Of a stretch of DNA of 64,000 bases, positions 24,939-35,472 are shown in pieces. The position numbers and the translations under genes were made by a program. Position 1 is the stretch's first letter. Every line of letters begins with the position of its first letter. A model generated the notes under the pieces. The model saw only the letters and a list, made by a program, of their open reading frames with translations. It did no database searches and was not told the origin of the DNA. Origin of the DNA: Pseudomonadota bacterium (GTDB lineage: Bacteria; Desulfobacterota; Desulfobulbia; Desulfobulbales; JAHJIY01); assembly GCA_018823175.1 (NCBI GenBank), contig JAHJIY010000004.1, positions 1,963 to 65,962 of the forward strand. Reading direction: 5' to 3'.

Positions 24939-26543
24939 TTAACTGGCAACTAACTTCTTACGTTCATCCCGCATCAATTTATACGTTATACTATCGACTA
25001 ACGCCTGCCAACTCGCCTCGATGATATCATGGGAAACTCCGACTGTGCCCCACTGCGAATCATGATCGGAGGATTCAATCAACACCCTGACCCTGGCTCC
25101 GGTGCCATGATCACTGGCCAGAACCCGGACCTTGTAGTCGGCCAACTCCATCTCGGCCAGGGCCGGATAAAAATGGGTCAAGGCTTTGCGCAAGGCATTA
25201 TCAAGGGCATTTACCGGTCCCTCGCCCAAAGCGGCGGTATGGACCATTTCACCCCCCACTTCAATACGAATAGTGGCCTCATCCTGGCAGACATTCTCAC
25301 CGGAAAGTTTCTGACTGATTACCCGGAAACCATGCAATTCAAAATAACGTCGTTGACCACCCATGGCCCGCCGCATCAGAAGCTCAAAAGAAGCCTCGGC
25401 ACCCTCATACTGAAACCCCTGTTTTTCCAGGTCCTTAAGCTCCTTAAGGATGGAAGTCACCAAAGGGTCCTTGCTGTCAAGATCAAGACCAAATTTTTTG
25501 GCCTTATGCAGGACATTGCTCCGGCCGGACTGATCAGAAATCAGGATCCGCCTGACATTACCCACCCTTTCCGGCGAAATATGCTCATAGGTCAGCGGAT
25601 TGCGTTTGACTGCAGCGACATGGATTCCACCCTTGTGGGCAAAAGCAGCCGAGCCGACATAGGGTTGATATTTATTATGAGGCAGATTTGCCAGCTCGGT
25701 AACAAACCGCGAGACCTCGCTTAACTGCCCCATATTTGCCACGGCGTAGAAATCACGTTTCATCTTCAGGGCCAGGGCAGGCATGATCGAGGTAAGGTTT
25801 GCATTACCGCAACGTTCGCCAAAACCATTCATCGTGCCCTGGACCTGGCTCGCCCCCATGGAGACCGCAACCAGAGAGTTGGCTACCGCAGTTTCCGTGT
25901 CGTTATGGGCATGGATTCCCAGGTCCACAACCTTGCCCTTGGCCTGCAAATGTGACTGCACAACCTTGATGATCTCGGGAATTTCGTGGGGCAGAGTACC
26001 GCCGTTGGTATCGCAGAGCACCAGACATTCGGCCCCGCCGGCAACCGCCTTTTCCAGGGTAAGCAGCGCATAGTCCCGATCGGCTTTAAACCCGTCAAAA
26101 AAATGTTCGGCATCATAGAAAAGATGCTCAACATGGGGACGCAGGTAGCGCAGGGAATCTTCGATAATGAGCAGATTATCCGCCAAAGAAATACGCAAGG
26201 CATCACGGACATGGACGTCCCAGGTCTTGCCAAAAATTGTAATCCCCGCTGTTTTAGCGCCAATCAAGGCCTGAAGATTGGGATCCTGATCGGCCGGATT
26301 ATTGAAATTCCGGGTACTGCCAAAGGCCATAACCTTGCTGTGCTTCAACTCGTATTTCTGGATTTCCGCAAAATACTCCGAGGCAGTTGGATTGGAACCC
26401 GGCCAGCCACCTTCGATGAAATCTATGCCCAAACCATCAAGCTTAAGGGTGATTCTAATCTTATCGTCAACCGATAAATTAAAATTTTCAGCCTGGGTGC
26501 CATCTCTTAACGTGGTGTCATAAATAACGATCTTTTCTGCCAT
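24939..26543 (-). CDS. cimA: (R)-citramalate synthase (2-isopropylmalate synthase family, long CimA type)
   Basis: 534-aa ORF. The N-terminus IYDTTLRDGTQAENFNLSVDDKIRITLKLDGLGIDFIEGGWPGSNP is typical of the Geobacter-type CimA. HAHNDTETAVANSL is present, along with a C-terminal LeuA-dimer-like regulatory domain. Confidence 0.8.
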   Translation of the reverse strand: MAEKIVIYDTTLRDGTQAENFNLSVDDKIRITLKLDGLGIDFIEGGWPGSNPTASEYFAEIQKYELKHSKVMAFGSTRNFNNPADQDPNLQALIGAKTAGITIFGKTWDVHVRDALRISLADNLLIIEDSLRYLRPHVEHLFYDAEHFFDGFKADRDYALLTLEKAVAGGAECLVLCDTNGGTLPHEIPEIIKVVQSHLQAKGKVVDLGIHAHNDTETAVANSLVAVSMGASQVQGTMNGFGERCGNANLTSIMPALALKMKRDFYAVANMGQLSEVSRFVTELANLPHNKYQPYVGSAAFAHKGGIHVAAVKRNPLTYEHISPERVGNVRRILISDQSGRSNVLHKAKKFGLDLDSKDPLVTSILKELKDLEKQGFQYEGAEASFELLMRRAMGGQRRYFELHGFRVISQKLSGENVCQDEATIRIEVGGEMVHTAALGEGPVNALDNALRKALTHFYPALAEMELADYKVRVLASDHGTGARVRVLIESSDHDSQWGTVGVSHDIIEASWQALVDSITYKLMRDERKKLVAS

Positions 26544-26600
26544 AATTTATTCCTGTGCCGACCTATTTAATCAGCCATATAGATTTCCGGCAAATACCAG

Positions 26601-27839
26601 CTAAACTTCAATGGTCGGCTGATTTAACTTATCAAGCTCAAAGGCATCGTGCAGAGCCCGCACCGCCAGCTCTGTATACTTTTCCTCAATAACACAGGAG
26701 ACCTTAATTTCCGAGGTGCTGATCATCAGGATATTGATATTCTCTTTAGACAGCACATGGAACATGGTGGTCGCAATACCGGAATGATTCCTCATCCCAA
26801 CCCCGACAATGGAAACCTTGGCAATATTTTCGGAACCGGAAACACTCTCGGCCCCAATTTCTGCGGTAACTTCTTTGACAATCGCCATTGCCCGGGCATA
26901 GTCAGTCCGGGGGACAGTGAAAGTCATATCCGTCATTTCGCCGGCCCTGGTATTCTGGATAATCATATCAATTATGATATTGGCATTGGAAATCGGGGTG
27001 AAAATACGCGATGCGGTACCAGGGGTATCAGGCACCTTGGATATGGTAATGCGGGCCTCATTTTTACTGTATGTTACGCCGGAAACTAACATGGACTCCA
27101 TCTCATCATCCTCCTCAACTACCCATGTCCCCTCGGTCTCCGTAAAGGTCGAGCGCACATGGACAGGAACTTTATATCGTTTGGCAAAACCAACTGACCT
27201 TATATCCAGCACCTTGGCACCGAGACTCGCCAGTTCCAGCATCTCATCATAGCTGATCCGGTCAATCTTCCGGGCCAAAGAACATACGTTTGGGTCGGTC
27301 GTGTAAACTCCTTCCACATCGGTAAATATTTCACAAAAATCAGCCTGCAGGGCTGCCGCCAGAGCAACGGCAGTGGTGTCTGAACCACCACGTCCCAGGG
27401 TCGTGATTTCATCATCGGCCGTCACACCTTGAAAACCGGCAACCACCACAATTTTACCGGAGTCAAGATGACGATTGAGCAGATCGGTATCAATGGACTT
27501 GATCCGGGCCTTGGTGTGAGAGGAATCGGTAATAATCTTGACCTGATCTCCCAGTAACGAGATAGATTCATACCCCGCTGCCTTGACCGCCATCGCGAAA
27601 AGAGCGATTGTCACCTGTTCACCACTTGAAAGCAACACATCCATCTCTCGAGGATCGGGGATGGGCTGCATTTGGTGGGCAAGGTCAACAAAACGGTTGG
27701 TTTCACCTGACATTGCAGACAAAACAACCACAACCTGATGCCCTTCCTTGCGACTTCTTATCACCCGCTGGGCCACGGCCTTTATCTTATCAGGGTTGGC
27801 AACCGAAGTGCCTCCAAATTTCTGCACAATTAAAGACAT
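26601..27839 (-). CDS. lysC: Aspartate kinase
   Basis: I moved the start from the TTG at 27875 to the ATG at 27839 (MSLIVQKFGGTSV) with an AAGGAG upstream. Motifs include VVVVLSAMSGETN and TLGRGGSDTTAVALAAAL, and there are two C-terminal ACT domains. Confidence 0.9.
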   Translation of the reverse strand: MSLIVQKFGGTSVANPDKIKAVAQRVIRSRKEGHQVVVVLSAMSGETNRFVDLAHQMQPIPDPREMDVLLSSGEQVTIALFAMAVKAAGYESISLLGDQVKIITDSSHTKARIKSIDTDLLNRHLDSGKIVVVAGFQGVTADDEITTLGRGGSDTTAVALAAALQADFCEIFTDVEGVYTTDPNVCSLARKIDRISYDEMLELASLGAKVLDIRSVGFAKRYKVPVHVRSTFTETEGTWVVEEDDEMESMLVSGVTYSKNEARITISKVPDTPGTASRIFTPISNANIIIDMIIQNTRAGEMTDMTFTVPRTDYARAMAIVKEVTAEIGAESVSGSENIAKVSIVGVGMRNHSGIATTMFHVLSKENINILMISTSEIKVSCVIEEKYTELAVRALHDAFELDKLNQPTIEV

Positions 27840-28327
27840 TTTAACCTGCAACTCCTTTTTATTTAACGTTTCCAAACTTATTCATAAATTTAAATCAACC
27901 GATATGGCCTACCTTCATAATTCTCTGAACAATATTCTTTTGTGGAATAAGAGAATTTGAAGCGCAAGGCTATATTTTTTAACAAGAAATCCCGATCTCA
28001 ACTACATATATTTATTCAATACAAACATATTTTTTTATACCACATCTACTTTTCAAAAAATACTTTACCAAAGATTAAAACGTCAACTCCGACAACACAA
28101 AATACCAATTTAACCAATAATTTCAAGGATTAACAATAATAGCACGAGATAAAAAAACGATTAACATCCCCCCTTCCTTACCCTTTCATACACTCATCCT
28201 GAAAAAGACCCGGGCGAAGAAACTTGCATTAACCTTAAGATTTTGTTAGTAAAAATCACAATTAATTTTGATAAATGTTTAACATATTATCAATTATGTA
28301 CAATTGCGGAGCCACAAAACAATTTGC

Positions 28328-29680
28328 ATGAAAGCACTTAAACAATTTTTAAAATCATTTCATTTTCTCACTATCGGTTTATTTATCTGCCTTTCATTCT
28401 TTATTTTATCAACAGATATATTCACCGAGACCTCAGATAATACGATCGGCACTGCCCTGGCTTCAATTGAGGGCAATCACCACAAATATTTCTCTTTGCC
28501 GACCGAAACTACCGCCATTTCAGACATCCTTGATCTCAACCACAAGGAAATCCGCGGCACATTACGCGAGGACGACAGCCTGAGCAAATCATTCAACCGT
28601 AATAAGGTACCAGATGAAATCAGAAAACTGATCATTGATCAGCTCAAAGGACAAGTCGACTTCAACTCACTGCTGCCCGGTGACAATTATTCAATTATCA
28701 TTGACCAGGAAGGGAAACTGGTTGAATGTGTTTACGAAACCGGCCCCTTTGACATTTATTCAATTCGTCGGATTGACGGTTACAATTATGACACGACAAA
28801 AATCAATATCCCCCTGGAGTCCCGCACCGTGCAGATCGACGGCACCGTGACCTCCACACTGTTCGCAGCTTTTCAAAATAATCATGAGGACCAGAAACTT
28901 ATTTACGCCTTTGCCGATATATTTGCCTCAAGAATAGATTTTAATACCGAAACCAGAACCGGGGATCGTTTCAGTCTGGCCGTGGAAAAATTTTATAAAT
29001 TCGATGAATTTGTCGGTTATGGAAAGATATTGGTGGCCCGTTACGAGCAACCAGGAAATCAAATACTGGAAGGATTCCTGCATTCATCCGGTAAAAGACG
29101 AGCCGCATATTTTGACCGTGCAGGAAAGGAAATGGGAACTTCCTTCATCAAATCACCTCTGCCCATGGGCAGAGTAACCTCAAGTTTCACCTCGCATCGC
29201 AAACACCCGATCCTTGGCATTATCAGAAAACATCTTGGCGTTGATTTGGCAGCTCCTAAAGGTACTCCGATCATGGCAGTCGCCGATGGCAAGATAAATT
29301 TCATCGGGAGCAACGGCGGCTTCGGAAAACAGATTGTCCTGGCCCATGGCGGTGACTACAAAACCCATTACGGTCATCTCTCAAGTTTCAAAAAAGGATT
29401 ACACAAAGACGGCAAGGTAAAACAAAAGGAAATAATCGGCTATGTCGGCTCTACCGGGCTAGCGACCGGCCCCCATCTTGATTATCGCATCGAACACCAT
29501 GGGGTGTTTAAAAATCCATTCAACATTGAATTCGAGCCGAAATCAATCCTGGTTGGCCAGGAACTTGAAGAACTGAATACTACGGTTAACAAACTGGCCG
29601 GTTTGCTTGATTCTCCGCAAAAAGAAAAAATCCTGCATGTCAGAAGGTCCGTCAGTTATTCCCACCTAAATCTGCTATAA
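28328..29680 (+). CDS. M23-family (LytM-type) metallopeptidase, membrane-anchored
   Basis: The ATG at 28328 is preferred over the TTG at 28304. There is a TM anchor (FLTIGLFICLSFFILS). M23 motifs are HLGVDLAAPKGTPIMAVADG, HGGDYKTHYGHL and GSTGLATGPHLDYRI. Confidence 0.85.
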   Translation: MKALKQFLKSFHFLTIGLFICLSFFILSTDIFTETSDNTIGTALASIEGNHHKYFSLPTETTAISDILDLNHKEIRGTLREDDSLSKSFNRNKVPDEIRKLIIDQLKGQVDFNSLLPGDNYSIIIDQEGKLVECVYETGPFDIYSIRRIDGYNYDTTKINIPLESRTVQIDGTVTSTLFAAFQNNHEDQKLIYAFADIFASRIDFNTETRTGDRFSLAVEKFYKFDEFVGYGKILVARYEQPGNQILEGFLHSSGKRRAAYFDRAGKEMGTSFIKSPLPMGRVTSSFTSHRKHPILGIIRKHLGVDLAAPKGTPIMAVADGKINFIGSNGGFGKQIVLAHGGDYKTHYGHLSSFKKGLHKDGKVKQKEIIGYVGSTGLATGPHLDYRIEHHGVFKNPFNIEFEPKSILVGQELEELNTTVNKLAGLLDSPQKEKILHVRRSVSYSHLNLL

Positions 29681-29691
29681 TCACAAATCTG

Positions 29692-30165
29692 ATGCCTCAG
29701 GCCCCATTCAATATCGTCCTGGTAGAACCTGAGATCCCGCCCAATACCGGAAGTATTGCCCGCTTATGCGGGGCAACTGACTCCGTGCTTCACCTTGTGA
29801 AACCATTGGGCTTCAGCACGGATGATCGCTACTTGAAACGAGCGGGCCTTGACTACTGGAAATTCGTCAAGATTATTTACTGGGAAAGTTTCGATGAATT
29901 TCTGACAAGACATCAGGATAAAAGAAACAAGCTGTTTTTCCTGAGCAAAAAGATTGACCGTTCATACACGGCATGTAACTTCACACCCGGCGACTTTCTG
30001 ATCTTCGGCAAAGAAACCAAGGGTCTGCCAAAACACATTCTGGATGATTATCAAGACCAATGTTACAATATCCCAATGTGCAACCCGAATATCAGGAGCC
30101 TGAACCTGGCCATGGCCTGCGGCATTGTGCTCTATGAAGCTCTTCGCCAGCAACAGGTAAAGTAA
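29692..30165 (+). CDS. trmL: tRNA (cytidine/uridine-2'-O)-methyltransferase TrmL (SpoU/TrmH family)
   Basis: 157-aa ORF. FNIVLVEPEIPPNTGSIARLCGATDSVLHLVKPLGF, DDRYLKRAGLDYW, FGKETKGLP and SLNLAMACGIVLYEALRQ match TrmL. Confidence 0.85.
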   Translation: MPQAPFNIVLVEPEIPPNTGSIARLCGATDSVLHLVKPLGFSTDDRYLKRAGLDYWKFVKIIYWESFDEFLTRHQDKRNKLFFLSKKIDRSYTACNFTPGDFLIFGKETKGLPKHILDDYQDQCYNIPMCNPNIRSLNLAMACGIVLYEALRQQQVK

Positions 30166-30218
30166 ATTCTGCCCCATCGCAAGTCCTCCACATTAATAAA
30201 CTGAAGACTCGACAGAAG

Positions 30219-30252
30219 TAAAAAAAAGCCTCCCACCAGATGGCGGGAGGCT
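30219..30252 (-). terminator. Rho-independent terminator, mainly for the minus-strand OmpA-family gene and a weak bidirectional candidate
   Basis: The minus strand reads GCCTCCCGCC-atct-GGTGGGAGGC followed by TTTTTTTT. On the plus strand the same stem is followed only by an interrupted T-tract. Confidence 0.8.
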
Positions 30253-30282
30253 TAACACTTTTTAAATCAGCGACAACTACAA

Positions 30283-32355
30283 CTATTTAGCAGCAGTATT
30301 GTTCAACTTAACCTCAACCCGACGGTTCTGGGTCCTGCCTTCTTCAGTATCGTTAGAAACTATCGGCTGGGACTCACCAAAACCTCGGCTGGTCAGGCGA
30401 TCATTGGCAACACCATTTTTAACCAGGTAATCAGCCACTGATTTGGCCCGTTTTTCAGAAAGTATCTGATTATAGCTTTCAGAACCTTTACTGTCAGTAT
30501 GGCCGTAAATTTCCAGATTAAGATGAGGATTCTCAACGAGCATTTTCACCCATCGATCAAGCTCCATGAAGGATTCCTCTCGTAACTCCCACTTGTCATA
30601 GGCAAAGAAAATATTATTGATCCTGATCGCAATATCCAGGACTTTTTCCGGTTCGGAAAAAACCATGGTCTCGGCGACTATCGGTGATATTTCCGGCTGC
30701 TTAATTGGATAAAGAACGATATCATTAATATATTCCCTGAACTCATACTCGTCCCGCAGGTCAAAATGTTCGGACTGACCGATATACCCTTCTTTCTCGG
30801 CATAATAGCCGTATTTACCGCCGGAGGGCAGGACAACAAAATACTCACCGGTCAGAGGATCGCTCTCCCCTTCGCCAACCTCTTTCCCTAATTCGAGATC
30901 ATTCCAGCGGACAGTTGCCACCAAAAAATCACCGTTTTCATCGGTAATCGTCCCGGAAATTGTTATTACAGTAGAAGGCTTGATCGACGGTTCAATTTTT
31001 TCAGGCAGACCGATGGAAAAAATATCACTGCCACCAAAGCCGCCGATCGGATTTGCATTGGCAAAATAGGCAAGATCTCCGGGGGTGGAAACCTGATAGC
31101 CCCAGTCATTATGAGGGCCATTAATCTCCTTACCCATATTGACCGGTTCGCTCCAGGCGGTCCAGGAAGAATCATTAAGTCTGGTTGATTTAAAAACATC
31201 GAGACCACCTAAGCCGGGATGACCATCAGAACTAAAGTAAAGGGTTTTCCCGTCAGGATGGAGGAACGGCGAATATTCACTATATGGAGTATTGATCGTT
31301 TCGCCCAAATTAACAACCTGGTCCGCCGCCCCATTTTCACCTTTCACATAGACATAGATATCGACATTACCACCATAAGAACCGTGAAAATATTCATCCT
31401 TTTTATGGAATACCCCTACCCCACCTGGACGTTCGGAAACAAAGAGAATGGCCTTACCGTCAGCCGCATATTTAGCGTTACTTTCAAAATGTTTGGAATT
31501 AAGCGGAGCAGGATAATGTTTGACCGCAGACCAACCTTCGGCCGACTTTTCAGTATAATAAATATCACCCCGGCCCAGAGAATCAGCATAATTTCCATAG
31601 ACGGCAATCTTGTTGCCATCGGCCGAAACGGCAAGCGGCACTTCGTGACGACCGGTAGTAATCGGACCAACAAATTTAGAACCTACCCCCCAGCCTTCTG
31701 CCATACGGTTTGAAACAAATATTTCCTCCCCGCCTTCACACTCTCCACAATTCCTGGCAAAATACATTTTCTTGCCATCGGGAGAAATTACCGGATTGTA
31801 TTCGCTGTTATTCGTATTGATTCCCGGCCCCATATTCTTGACTGCCAAGTTTTCTTCCGGTGATTCAAGGATGGAGATGATTCGATCAAACCGGGGAGCC
31901 ATCACCGGAAATTTATCTTTATATGTCCTGAATACTTCTGCGGCTTTTTCCCACTGATGAGCTGCGATAGCTGGTCGGGCCACCCGCTGGACAGCGACAA
32001 AAGCCTGTTCGGCCGGGGCATATTTCTCAACAAATAATTTATAACCCTCGACACTGTCGACCGCCTTAAACTCAGCATCGATCGGAGCCAGAACAGGCTC
32101 TGGTTCAACAGACCTGACGGCAACGTTCCTGGTGTCATCGACCTTGACCAGGGTATCGCCTTTTTTTACGTAGCGCACAATATCCTGATCGCCCTTCTCA
32201 GTGTATTTGACCTCACCGGCACTGGAGGCTTTATACCTGACAGCACCAGAATCCGGATCAACAACATGGCCCCTGCCGCCACAACCGACCAGAAAGGCAA
32301 GAGGAACAAGTGCCAACAAAAGGAGTCCAATATGATGATTTTTTTTGCTGCTCAT
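30283..32355 (-). CDS. OmpA-family lipoprotein with TolB-like PD40 beta-propeller repeats
   Basis: The start is moved to the ATG at 32355 (MSSKKNHHIGLLLLALVPLAFLVGCGG, which contains a lipobox) with a GAGGG ribosome-binding site. PD40 repeats are SEYNPVISPDGKKMYFA and SEYSPFLHPDGKTLYFSSD. The C-terminal OmpA domain reads NIFFAYDKWEL...IYGHTDSKGSESYNQILSEKRAKSVADYL...NRRVEV. Confidence 0.85.
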   Translation of the reverse strand: MSSKKNHHIGLLLLALVPLAFLVGCGGRGHVVDPDSGAVRYKASSAGEVKYTEKGDQDIVRYVKKGDTLVKVDDTRNVAVRSVEPEPVLAPIDAEFKAVDSVEGYKLFVEKYAPAEQAFVAVQRVARPAIAAHQWEKAAEVFRTYKDKFPVMAPRFDRIISILESPEENLAVKNMGPGINTNNSEYNPVISPDGKKMYFARNCGECEGGEEIFVSNRMAEGWGVGSKFVGPITTGRHEVPLAVSADGNKIAVYGNYADSLGRGDIYYTEKSAEGWSAVKHYPAPLNSKHFESNAKYAADGKAILFVSERPGGVGVFHKKDEYFHGSYGGNVDIYVYVKGENGAADQVVNLGETINTPYSEYSPFLHPDGKTLYFSSDGHPGLGGLDVFKSTRLNDSSWTAWSEPVNMGKEINGPHNDWGYQVSTPGDLAYFANANPIGGFGGSDIFSIGLPEKIEPSIKPSTVITISGTITDENGDFLVATVRWNDLELGKEVGEGESDPLTGEYFVVLPSGGKYGYYAEKEGYIGQSEHFDLRDEYEFREYINDIVLYPIKQPEISPIVAETMVFSEPEKVLDIAIRINNIFFAYDKWELREESFMELDRWVKMLVENPHLNLEIYGHTDSKGSESYNQILSEKRAKSVADYLVKNGVANDRLTSRGFGESQPIVSNDTEEGRTQNRRVEVKLNNTAAK

Positions 32356-32665
32356 TTCACCCTCTCTCAAGATTGACAAGCGATGATGCACATAGATTTT
32401 GATTATACAATTACCAATACTTAGTGCATTACACTACCAGTGAATATAAAACAAGTAAAGCATTAATCTGACTATAGAAAAGTCCTTTATTCACCAGATA
32501 ATAATTGAAATTACCAAATACCGGAAAGGCGGCATTTTTTTCAGGAATCAGCGACGGGCGCTAAGAAAAAGTCAAATTGCGCCCGATCTGACCCCGTCGG
32601 CAACCCGGGGAATTTATCAAGCCAGTTTTGACAGGCTGCCTCATTCTATTCCACACTGCCGGAGG

Positions 32666-33814
32666 TCAGACCGGAGTACGAACCAGTCCTAGCGCCAGAC
32701 GGGCGACCCGAGCGGAAACACCAGGTTCCCCAAGCAACGAACAGACCTCGGCCAACTGTTGCCTCATTTCGGCAACCCCTTCCCGGTCGGCCAAGAGCCG
32801 ATCAAGTTCATGATAGATCTTTTCGGGGGTGGCCTCGTCCTGCATAAACTCGGAAACAACTTTCTTGCCGGCAACCAGATTCACCAGGGAGGCATACTTA
32901 ACTTTAATCAGCCATCGACCCAACCGGTAAGTCATGGGAGAGACACGGTAGGCGACAAGCATCGGCACCCCCAGAATAGCCAGCTCAAGGGTAACCGTGC
33001 CGGAAGCCGCCATCACGGCATCACAAGCCGCCATCAGATTATAGCGGTTCCCGGAGACCACCCTGATATCGAGACCACAATCAGCCAGTCCGCTTTTCTC
33101 CAGATCAGCCTTTTTAATAGTAGAGGCTTGGGGCAGAAGAAAAACAAGGTTGTGGTGTTTAGCAACCAGTCGTTCAGCGGCGGCCAGGAAAATCGGCAAC
33201 ATCGCACTTACCTCTTTTTTGCGACTGCCGGGGAGAATTCCAATGACCCTTTTGTCGGGAGGGATAATATGTTCAGCCAGAAAAGCGGCCCGGTCCTTGG
33301 TCACCTCAACCGAATCAAGCAAGGGATGACCGACAAAATCGACCGACACCCCCCGTTGTCGGTAAAAATCACGCTCAAAAGGCAGGATTACCGCCATACC
33401 GTCAACCAGACGGCCAATCTTTTTGACCCGGCCACTGCGCCAGGCCCAGACCTGGGGACTTATATAATAAAAAATCGGGATCTTTAACCGCCTGGCCTTC
33501 TTGGCCAAAAGCAGATTAAAGTCAGGATAATCAATCAAAATAAGCAGATCGGGAGGTTTATCCTCCAGTCTTTTTTCAAGAGTTTTCAGGGCTGCCCTGA
33601 TATCAGACAGATGGGCAAACACTTCAAAAAGACCAACCACGGCAAGCTTGGAGGCATCATACAGGGTCTCAATACCCTGAGCCAGCAGATCTTTCCCTCC
33701 CATGCCACAGACCGACAGGCCCGGTTCAATTTCCTTCATGGCCCTGATCAGATTGGCGCCGTGCATATCCCCGGAAGCCTCGCCGGTGACAATCATGATA
33801 CTGGTTTCAGACAT
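32666..33814 (-). CDS. lpxB: Lipid-A-disaccharide synthase
   Basis: 382-aa ORF. IMIVTGEASGDMHGANLIRAMKE, LILIDYPDFNLLLAKKARRLKIPIFYYISPQVWAWR and GTVTLELAILGVPMLVAYR match LpxB. Confidence 0.9.
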   Translation of the reverse strand: MSETSIMIVTGEASGDMHGANLIRAMKEIEPGLSVCGMGGKDLLAQGIETLYDASKLAVVGLFEVFAHLSDIRAALKTLEKRLEDKPPDLLILIDYPDFNLLLAKKARRLKIPIFYYISPQVWAWRSGRVKKIGRLVDGMAVILPFERDFYRQRGVSVDFVGHPLLDSVEVTKDRAAFLAEHIIPPDKRVIGILPGSRKKEVSAMLPIFLAAAERLVAKHHNLVFLLPQASTIKKADLEKSGLADCGLDIRVVSGNRYNLMAACDAVMAASGTVTLELAILGVPMLVAYRVSPMTYRLGRWLIKVKYASLVNLVAGKKVVSEFMQDEATPEKIYHELDRLLADREGVAEMRQQLAEVCSLLGEPGVSARVARLALGLVRTPV

Positions 33815-33835
33815 TGGGATTAATCCTTCGGCAGG

Positions 33836-34804
33836 TCATACCTTTAAAAGATCACAGTGAGTTGCCGCATGTTCCTTAATCTGGGCGATAATCTCAATAG
33901 CCACAGCCAGTGCCCTGCGTCCCTCTCGTCCCGAAACCCGCGGTCTTGTCCGACTCCGGACATTCTCAACGAAATCCCGCAATTCAGCCTCCAGAGCATC
34001 TTTTTCCATATAACAGGCCTGGATTACATCCTGTTTAGGCTGACCATCTTCGCCCAACTCATCAAGTTGACGGATCACAGTCAACTCTTTTTTGCCATAA
34101 TCGACCGACACAAATGAACGGGGTTGAAATATCCTGACCCGCCGCAAATTATCGCGGGAAATCCGGCTCACCGTCACATTGGCGGTACAGCCATTTTCGA
34201 AGATAAGACGAGCATTGGCGATATCAGTGGCCGAGGTCACCACCGGCGCCCCCACGGCGTGAATGGTTTTGATCGGAGAATCGACAATACTTAAAATTAT
34301 ATCGATATCATGAATCATCAGATCTAGCACAACATCAACATCGACACCCCGACTCTTGAAAACATGAATACGATGCGATTCGATAAACATCGGCCTGGTA
34401 ATATGCTCTTCCATGGCAAGAACCGCCGGATTGAACTGCTCCAGAAGTCCGGTCTGCAGAATCAACTTACGATCATCGGCCATAGCGATTAATTTATCCG
34501 CCTGTTCAAGAGAACTGGTCATCGGTTTTTCGATCAGGACATCCACCCCTTTTCCCAGACAGGCGGCTGCTACCTCAAAATGATTACTGGTGGGCACCAC
34601 CACACTCACGGCATCTACCACCTCAATTAATTCGTTGAAATCAGTGTAAGCCCTTGTGCCATGCCTGGCTGCGATCTCGGAGGCCACAACAGAACTTACG
34701 TCCGCCACGCCGGCCAATATAACGCCATCCATCGCCGCATATTTCGCGGCATGAAATTTTCCAAGATAACCTACACCGATAACCCCAACCTTGATTTCTT
34801 TCAT
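33836..34804 (-). CDS. Gfo/Idh/MocA-family NAD(P)-dependent oxidoreductase adjacent to lpxB
   Basis: The start is moved to the ATG at 34804 (MKEIKVGVIGVGYLGKFHAAKY, a Rossmann fold). The 46-codon upstream extension in the ORF track is hydrophobic nonsense. EKPMTSSLEQADKL is the family motif. Confidence 0.85.
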   Translation of the reverse strand: MKEIKVGVIGVGYLGKFHAAKYAAMDGVILAGVADVSSVVASEIAARHGTRAYTDFNELIEVVDAVSVVVPTSNHFEVAAACLGKGVDVLIEKPMTSSLEQADKLIAMADDRKLILQTGLLEQFNPAVLAMEEHITRPMFIESHRIHVFKSRGVDVDVVLDLMIHDIDIILSIVDSPIKTIHAVGAPVVTSATDIANARLIFENGCTANVTVSRISRDNLRRVRIFQPRSFVSVDYGKKELTVIRQLDELGEDGQPKQDVIQACYMEKDALEAELRDFVENVRSRTRPRVSGREGRRALAVAIEIIAQIKEHAATHCDLLKV

Positions 34805-34976
34805 GAAAATCCCGTCAAAATTATGTCGATCTCGCAAACAAGGAAGTATGTAACTTTTCGCGAAACCATCAATTTTAAAATAACAAACTTTGTACAAGAA
34901 CAAGTGGCTAGAGAAACTACGAAAAATTTGCAAAACAGACAAGATAATTTATCTATTATAATAGATTACCCCTAAC

Positions 34977-35121
34977 TAGTGCCTGTCCATAAATGGTCTT
35001 TTTCTCCGATAACGTCGTCGCTTCGTTCTTTGAAAGTGCTCACGGACACCAGTCCGCTGCGCTTTTCAAAATCCTAGCTCCTCGTTCTCGAGTAAAAATC
35101 CTCATTTCAGGACAGACACTA
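34977..35121. repeat. Long imperfect palindrome of 145 bp (REP/MITE-like element or structured RNA)
   Basis: The termini TAGTGCCTGTCC (34977-34988) and GGACAGACACTA (35110-35121) are inverted. Complementarity continues inward (AAATG, TTTTTCTCCGATAACG / CGTTCTCGAGTAAAAA, TTTGAAAGTGC / GCGCTTTTCAAA). It shares GCTTCGTT...GCTCACG strings with the element at 1037-1145. Confidence 0.6.
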
Positions 35122-35472
35122 ACTATCCCCCCCTAAAATGGAAGAACAAAGAATCATGAAACTGGCTAATATTTAGTAACGAAGTTATCGGAGAATAGGC
35201 CAATTACTAACAGTCACTGGTTAATCTGATGATAAATCAAGATATGAACCCAATAAACCATTAAATATTGACGATAAACAGGTCAATCATCCACAATTAA
35301 TTTCATGAAATATCAAGTTAATCTCAAGATATTCCAGCTGAGATATCACCAACCCATCACGACCAAACCAATGCCTGCCTGTATTTCAACCAGATTTCAC
35401 CCATAGATCAACATATAAAAAATAATTTCATATTTTATGTGCGACAAAATGTCACATATGTTATAGCTTTTC

